A stretch of DNA of 51,020 nucleotides from an uncultured Alphaproteobacteria bacterium. Its GTDB lineage: Bacteria > Pseudomonadota > Alphaproteobacteria > Methylaequorales > Methylaequoraceae. A program made the translations under genes and the position numbers. Numbering within the stretch: position 1 is the first letter of the stretch; every line of letters begins with the position of its first letter. Below are positions 46,453 to 51,020 of this stretch, in pieces. Location of the stretch: NCBI GenBank assembly GCA_902567115.1, contig CACFLF010000002.1:1-51020 (forward strand), read 5' to 3'. A model generated the notes under the pieces. It had not been told where the DNA came from and did no database searches. It worked only from the letters and a program-made list of their open reading frames with translations.

Positions 46453-49338
46453 ATGAAATCCAAAAGAAAAATTAGATTATCATTTTTTATTTCAATAATC
46501 TTTTTGTTTCTCTTTACAGTGATTACATCTTTCATTTTTATAATATCTCTTAAGCCAGTAAAAATAAACTTTTTAGATTTTTTTGATAGAGAAAGTAAAA
46601 TTTTTGAAAAAATTAAAGTTGAAGAGATTGGGGATGTGTTTTTAAGTTTCAACAAAGTTACCAAAAACTTTGAACTGCTTGTGGAAGACCTCGTCTATGA
46701 AGACTCTTATTTCCCAAATGTTTTAATTACACTTGATCTTACATTTGAAAAAAACCTTTTTACTACATCATTAAAAATTTTTGATGGAGATATTGATATT
46801 TCTCTTTTAAGTAAATCTGAAAGTGAAGGTGATACTTTTACAACGTTTGAAAAGTTAAAAAATAATTTTGATTTTTTTAAAAATTTTTCAAACATTCAAA
46901 TTGCAAATACTAAAGTTAAACTTAAAATTAATAAAGAAGATATAAAAAAATACTTAATTGACTTTAATTTAAATAGCGAAGAATTATATTTTTCAGTTTC
47001 TGAAATCAATTCATTTGAAAATTTTTTCTTATTAAATGTATTAAATAAAAATTACGTAAATGAGGTAAGTCTTGAGTTAAATAAATTTAATTTCGATTTT
47101 GTCAGGCACATTTTTGACTTTCATTCTATATCATTTAATAACTTCAATTTGTCTGGATCTTCAAAATTTTTAATTAATAAAGATAAACATATCGATGAAG
47201 TAATTTTTAATTTAAATCTTTTCGGTAATTTAAAATATCCGACCTATAATGGTTTTGAGACAATAAATTTTAATAATTCCAAAATCTTTGGAGAGAAGAA
47301 TCAAGATTTTATTGATATAATATTAGATTTTAAACATCTAGATTCTCAAATTAAATTTGTTCTAAGAATTGATCCTCAACTAAAGAGTCCTGCAACGTTT
47401 TTAGTGGATGTAGGAAAGATTAATGTAAAAGAATTATTAAATTTGTGGCCGATTGATTTCAAAGAGTCAGTTTATGTGTGGATGAAGAATAATTCAGAAG
47501 GTAAGATATTTGATGTTTTGCTAAGTTTGAATATTTTCAAAAAAGATGACGAGTTTTTATTTGAAAATCTTAAAGGAAGGTTTGATTTTAACAATACAAA
47601 AATTAGATACATGGAATCAATGCCTTTAATCGAAGATATTTACGGGTTTGCAAAAATTAAAAATGAAGAAATCATATTCACAATTAATTCAGGACAATCT
47701 CAAGGTCTTAATATAAAAAATGGTATGGTAAAATTGAAAGATTTAGACAGTGATTTTGAAAATGCTGATGTTTTTTTGGAAATATTTTCGGCTAATCAAG
47801 ATGTAATAAACTATCTAGATATTTCTCCTATAAATAAAAAAAATTTTTCAAAATTAAGGAACATAAGAGGTGATACTAAAATAGATCTTGACTTAAAATT
47901 TCCTCTTTTAGTTGATTTGCCGACAGAAAGGATCATTTATGATTCAAAGGTAGCTATAGAAGATTCTATATTCCAAGATATTTTTAAAAATCATGATTTA
48001 AATGATTTTTATTTAAATATTGAAATTAACAATTCAAAAGTTTTATACAACGGTGGAGGTAGGATATTTAATTCTTACACTGAGTTTAGTGGTGAGCAAT
48101 CAAATATTAAAGAAGGATTTACAGATGAAATAAAAGGTAAATATACTCTTAAACCATCTTTCACAGAATATTTTTTTCCTGAAGGTGATTTTATAATACA
48201 GGGAGAGGCTGAAATCTTATATACCATAATTGAGGATAATAGTGGATTTTCAAAAATTGAAGGGTTAGGGGATCTTGAGAATTTGAATTTAAAATCAGAT
48301 TTTCTTGGTCCAAATTTAGATTTTAATAATGGTAAATTAAGATTTCTAATTAGACCTTATGATAATTCCTTTTCTGGATTTGCAGACATTAAAACTAACA
48401 ACTTAAATGTGGAAGTTAATTCAATTTTTAATTTAACTGAATTAATTGAGCTTGATGTTCAGACTTTTAAATCTCCTAACCAGGATTTTAATTTAAAATA
48501 TGAGAACGGAAATAATAAATTTTTAATAAACGCAAACAAATTATCATTAGATTCAATTGATATTTTTGAAGAAGATAACTTAAAAATAGAGAACTTTGAA
48601 TTAGATTTAAAAATAAATGATCTCAAAATCGGGAATATGAACTTTTCAAATTCAATCGTATACGCTAAAAAGTTGAATAATTCTTTTCAAAAAATTAGTG
48701 TTAGTTTAGTCGGTGATAATGATTTCCATAATCTTTCAATCAGCGATGAGGAGGAGAATAAAGAATTTATTCTAGAGTCAAATTATATTCCAGGTTTACT
48801 AAATATTTTAGACTTAGATTTTAATATTAATCAAGGAAGTATAAAAATTGAAGGTTTAAAAAAACAAAATTCTGAGAATTATGAAGGTGCTATAGCTGGA
48901 AAAAACATTGTTTTTTTTGACGCACCTTTTCTTGCAAATTTTTTTAGCATTTTTTCTTTAGACGGTTTTGCACAGAAATTAAAAGATGGTGGAATTATTT
49001 TCAATAACTTTAATGCTAAATATAAATTAGAAAACGATAAATTTAAAGTTGTTGATAGTCTTTTAAAGGGAAGTGAGCTTGGTATTCAGTTTGATAGTGT
49101 GATTGGTTTAAATGACGACTATTTTCTTATGAATGGATCTATTATTCCAGCCTATACGATTAATACCCTTATAACAAAATTCCCGATTGTCGGAGATATT
49201 GTAACTGCTGGCTCTCCAGAAGATGGTTTGATAGGGGCTAAATTTAAGGTTGAAAAGATTGATGGTGAATACGAAGTCTTCTACAATCCAATTTCTGTTT
49301 TTGTTCCAAATATTATTAAAAACTTTCTAGGAGACTAA
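46453..49338 (+). CDS. Large envelope protein, AsmA/YhdP-like (DUF3971-type)
   Basis: A single N-terminal TM segment (LSFFISIIFLFLFTVITSFIFII) is followed by about 900 aa of beta-rich repetitive sequence. The C-terminal region GGIIFNNFNAKYKLENDKFKVVDSLLKGSELGIQFDSVIGL...LIGAKFKVEKIDGE resembles AsmA-family C-termini. I chose the ATG at 46453, because the track start at 46354 would overlap bcp. Confidence 0.55.
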   Translation: MKSKRKIRLSFFISIIFLFLFTVITSFIFIISLKPVKINFLDFFDRESKIFEKIKVEEIGDVFLSFNKVTKNFELLVEDLVYEDSYFPNVLITLDLTFEKNLFTTSLKIFDGDIDISLLSKSESEGDTFTTFEKLKNNFDFFKNFSNIQIANTKVKLKINKEDIKKYLIDFNLNSEELYFSVSEINSFENFFLLNVLNKNYVNEVSLELNKFNFDFVRHIFDFHSISFNNFNLSGSSKFLINKDKHIDEVIFNLNLFGNLKYPTYNGFETINFNNSKIFGEKNQDFIDIILDFKHLDSQIKFVLRIDPQLKSPATFLVDVGKINVKELLNLWPIDFKESVYVWMKNNSEGKIFDVLLSLNIFKKDDEFLFENLKGRFDFNNTKIRYMESMPLIEDIYGFAKIKNEEIIFTINSGQSQGLNIKNGMVKLKDLDSDFENADVFLEIFSANQDVINYLDISPINKKNFSKLRNIRGDTKIDLDLKFPLLVDLPTERIIYDSKVAIEDSIFQDIFKNHDLNDFYLNIEINNSKVLYNGGGRIFNSYTEFSGEQSNIKEGFTDEIKGKYTLKPSFTEYFFPEGDFIIQGEAEILYTIIEDNSGFSKIEGLGDLENLNLKSDFLGPNLDFNNGKLRFLIRPYDNSFSGFADIKTNNLNVEVNSIFNLTELIELDVQTFKSPNQDFNLKYENGNNKFLINANKLSLDSIDIFEEDNLKIENFELDLKINDLKIGNMNFSNSIVYAKKLNNSFQKISVSLVGDNDFHNLSISDEEENKEFILESNYIPGLLNILDLDFNINQGSIKIEGLKKQNSENYEGAIAGKNIVFFDAPFLANFFSIFSLDGFAQKLKDGGIIFNNFNAKYKLENDKFKVVDSLLKGSELGIQFDSVIGLNDDYFLMNGSIIPAYTINTLITKFPIVGDIVTAGSPEDGLIGAKFKVEKIDGEYEVFYNPISVFVPNIIKNFLGD

Positions 49339-50607
49339 CTCTATAAGTCCGTACCTCTTTTTCCCTACAAATACAATTAAATAAAAAAACTCTTTTTTGT
49401 TGGGGTGCGCAATAAAGTTTTCTTTAGTTATAAAAATATCTTTGTCTTCCACTACAATTTTGTTGATCTTAACAGCACCTTGTTCAATAAGTCTTTTAGA
49501 TTCACCATTTGAATTTGAAAGATCAAGATCAATCAAGATTTGTTTAAGACTTATACCTTTGTTTAAAGCTTCTTTTTTAATAGATATTTTTTTTTTGCAC
49601 TCCTCAATAATATCAGAATCAATATCTACAGAATCTCTAATATTTTTTGATTCAACTTCCACATTTTTTGCTTTATCCTTACTATGGCAGAGGGAAGTAA
49701 CCTCATTTGCTAAAAGAACTTTTAGTTTATTTAATTCTGCACCTTTGAAATTCTTGTAACTTTCAATTTCACGAATTTCAATTTCAGTAAAAAGTTTTAA
49801 AAATTTAATAACATCTTTATCGTCAGTATTTCTCCAATATTGCCAGAAATCCATAACCGAAAATTTCGATTCAGAGAGCCAAACAGCTCCCATATTTGTT
49901 TTACCCATTTTTTTTCCTGTTGCACTGGTTATTAGTGGAGCGGTTAATCCGTATACTTGCTTATTCTTTTCTTTTTTTATTAGATCTATTCCTGAAACAA
50001 TATTTCCCCATTGGTCGGATCCCCCAAATTGTATTTTGCAGTCATATTTTTGATTAAGAACCATAAAATCGTAGGCTTGAAAAATTGAATAGTTAAACTC
50101 TAAAAAACTTAAATGTTGTTCTCTTCTCAGTCTTTGTTTTATAGATTCCAAGCCTAGCATTCTATTAATTGAAAATTTACTGCCAATGTCCCTAAGAAAT
50201 GAAATTAAATTTAATTTGCACAACCATTCGTAATTATCAACTATTATAGCACAATTAGATTTGGATTCGTCGAAGGATAAAAATTTTTTAAAAATAGCCG
50301 TAAGTTTTTTTTTATTTAAATCAATGTCATTTTTATTAAGAATTTTTCTTGTTTCGTCTTTTCCTGATGGATCACCAATTAGTGTTGTTCCGCCTCCAAC
50401 TAAGATAATCGGTTTGTGTCCAGACTTTTGGAAAAGCCTCAAGAGCATTAAAGGTAAAAGTGAGCCGACATGCAAGCTATCAGCTGTGCAATCAAAACCA
50501 ATGTAACCTGTTGTTTCTTTTGATAGAGTTTTCTTTATTCCCTTTTCATCAGTGGATTGATGCAGAAAGCCTCTTTCTATAACCAAATTGTAAAAATCTT
50601 TTAACAT
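49327..50607 (-). CDS. tyrS: Tyrosine--tRNA ligase
   Basis: A HIGH-type motif (DSLHVGSL), a KMSKS-type motif (KKMGKT) and a C-terminal S4-like domain. Confidence 0.95.
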   Translation of the reverse strand: MLKDFYNLVIERGFLHQSTDEKGIKKTLSKETTGYIGFDCTADSLHVGSLLPLMLLRLFQKSGHKPIILVGGGTTLIGDPSGKDETRKILNKNDIDLNKKKLTAIFKKFLSFDESKSNCAIIVDNYEWLCKLNLISFLRDIGSKFSINRMLGLESIKQRLRREQHLSFLEFNYSIFQAYDFMVLNQKYDCKIQFGGSDQWGNIVSGIDLIKKEKNKQVYGLTAPLITSATGKKMGKTNMGAVWLSESKFSVMDFWQYWRNTDDKDVIKFLKLFTEIEIREIESYKNFKGAELNKLKVLLANEVTSLCHSKDKAKNVEVESKNIRDSVDIDSDIIEECKKKISIKKEALNKGISLKQILIDLDLSNSNGESKRLIEQGAVKINKIVVEDKDIFITKENFIAHPNKKEFFYLIVFVGKKRYGLIELVS

Positions 50608-50637
50608 ACTATTTGTGAATAGGTTATAGTAATAAAG

Positions 50638-51020
50638 ATGAAAAAAAAAGAATATTGTTCCTTAGGTATTATGAGTGGAACATCATTAGATGGCTTGGAT
50701 TTTTCTTTGATTAAAACTGATGGCAAATTTTACATAAAAACCTTAGTAAATGAATATTATGAATTTAATAGCAATTTTAAAAAAAGCGTTAAAAAATTAA
50801 TTAAAAAAACAGGAAAGATTGAAAGTAAATCAGTTAGAAATTCGGATGAATTCCGGCATATAAACCAAGAGTTTAGTGAGCTAGTTTTAAAACTTATTAA
50901 AGACTTTAAGTTAAAATATGGTTCAAAAATGAAAGATCTTGATGTAATAGGTGTTCACGGTAATACAATTATTCACCAACCTAAATATGGAGTTTCAATT
51001 CAACTTGGAAAGCCAAATTT
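50638..51020 (+). CDS. anmK: Anhydro-N-acetylmuramic acid kinase (5' part; runs off the window)
   Basis: My own translation from the ATG at 50638 gives MKKKEYCSLGIMSGTSLDGLDFSLIKTDG...DVIGVHGNTIIHQP, the AnmK N-terminal signature. It is divergent from tyrS, as in many alphaproteobacteria. Confidence 0.9.
   Translation, partial: MKKKEYCSLGIMSGTSLDGLDFSLIKTDGKFYIKTLVNEYYEFNSNFKKSVKKLIKKTGKIESKSVRNSDEFRHINQEFSELVLKLIKDFKLKYGSKMKDLDVIGVHGNTIIHQPKYGVSIQLGKPN

Noticed and set aside
1-51020. Mobile elements, prophage, defence islands, CRISPR arrays, tRNA or rRNA genes
   Set aside because: I saw no transposase, integrase or Cas-like ORFs, no spaced direct-repeat arrays, no GC-rich cloverleaf-type segments (for example GGTTCGAATCC-like T-arms) and no long inverted terminal repeats. 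Every gap longer than 60 nt was inspected by eye.

Overview
This is a very AT-rich (about 30% GC by eye, not computed), extremely gene-dense alphaproteobacterial chromosome segment that looks like a streamlined marine SAR11/Pelagibacterales-type genome. With the starts chosen here I tally only about 1.3 kb (~2.6%) of intergenic DNA across 59 protein-coding genes. I found no tRNA, rRNA, CRISPR array, transposase, integrase or prophage signal.

The content is mostly core metabolism and envelope biogenesis:
- A blue-tuned proteorhodopsin next to a CrtE-like polyprenyl synthase.
- A minus-strand string of an NitT/TauT-type ABC importer, ExbB-ExbD-ExbD-TonB, a porin-like OMP and a lipoprotein.
- Biosynthetic and housekeeping genes: xseB-ispA-tlyA, aroC, fabI, pdxH, hemA (ALA synthase), msrB, thiO-thiS-thiG, pyrE, fhs, aat, accC-accB-aroQ, an aminotransferase, bcp, tyrS and anmK.
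- A small sugar-nucleotide cluster (GT4, galU, ugd, PMM/PGM).
- clpS-clpA.
- An operon encoding a stand-alone NrdJ C-terminal-like protein, a RidA-like protein and a DUF482 protein.
- NDUFA12-like, two MlaD paralogs and DUF2155.
- An M48/TPR protease, RNase E/G, an amidase, PBP1A and an AsmA/YhdP-like giant protein.
- prfB with a +1 programmed frameshift.

The observations most worth a second look are:
1. The Ton motor sits in one tight string with an ABC importer and a porin-like OMP, with no TonB-dependent receptor in the window. Its second ExbD has lost the transmembrane Asp.
2. The orphan NrdJ-C/RidA/DUF482 operon.
3. The non-canonical RF2 recoding site (GUU UGA A instead of CUU UGA C).
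4. Structural oddities of a streamlined genome: 13-15 nt homopolymers inside core genes, overlapping convergent gene ends, and intrinsic terminators only after the two likely most expressed genes.

All family assignments come from motif recognition by eye. No database search was run.
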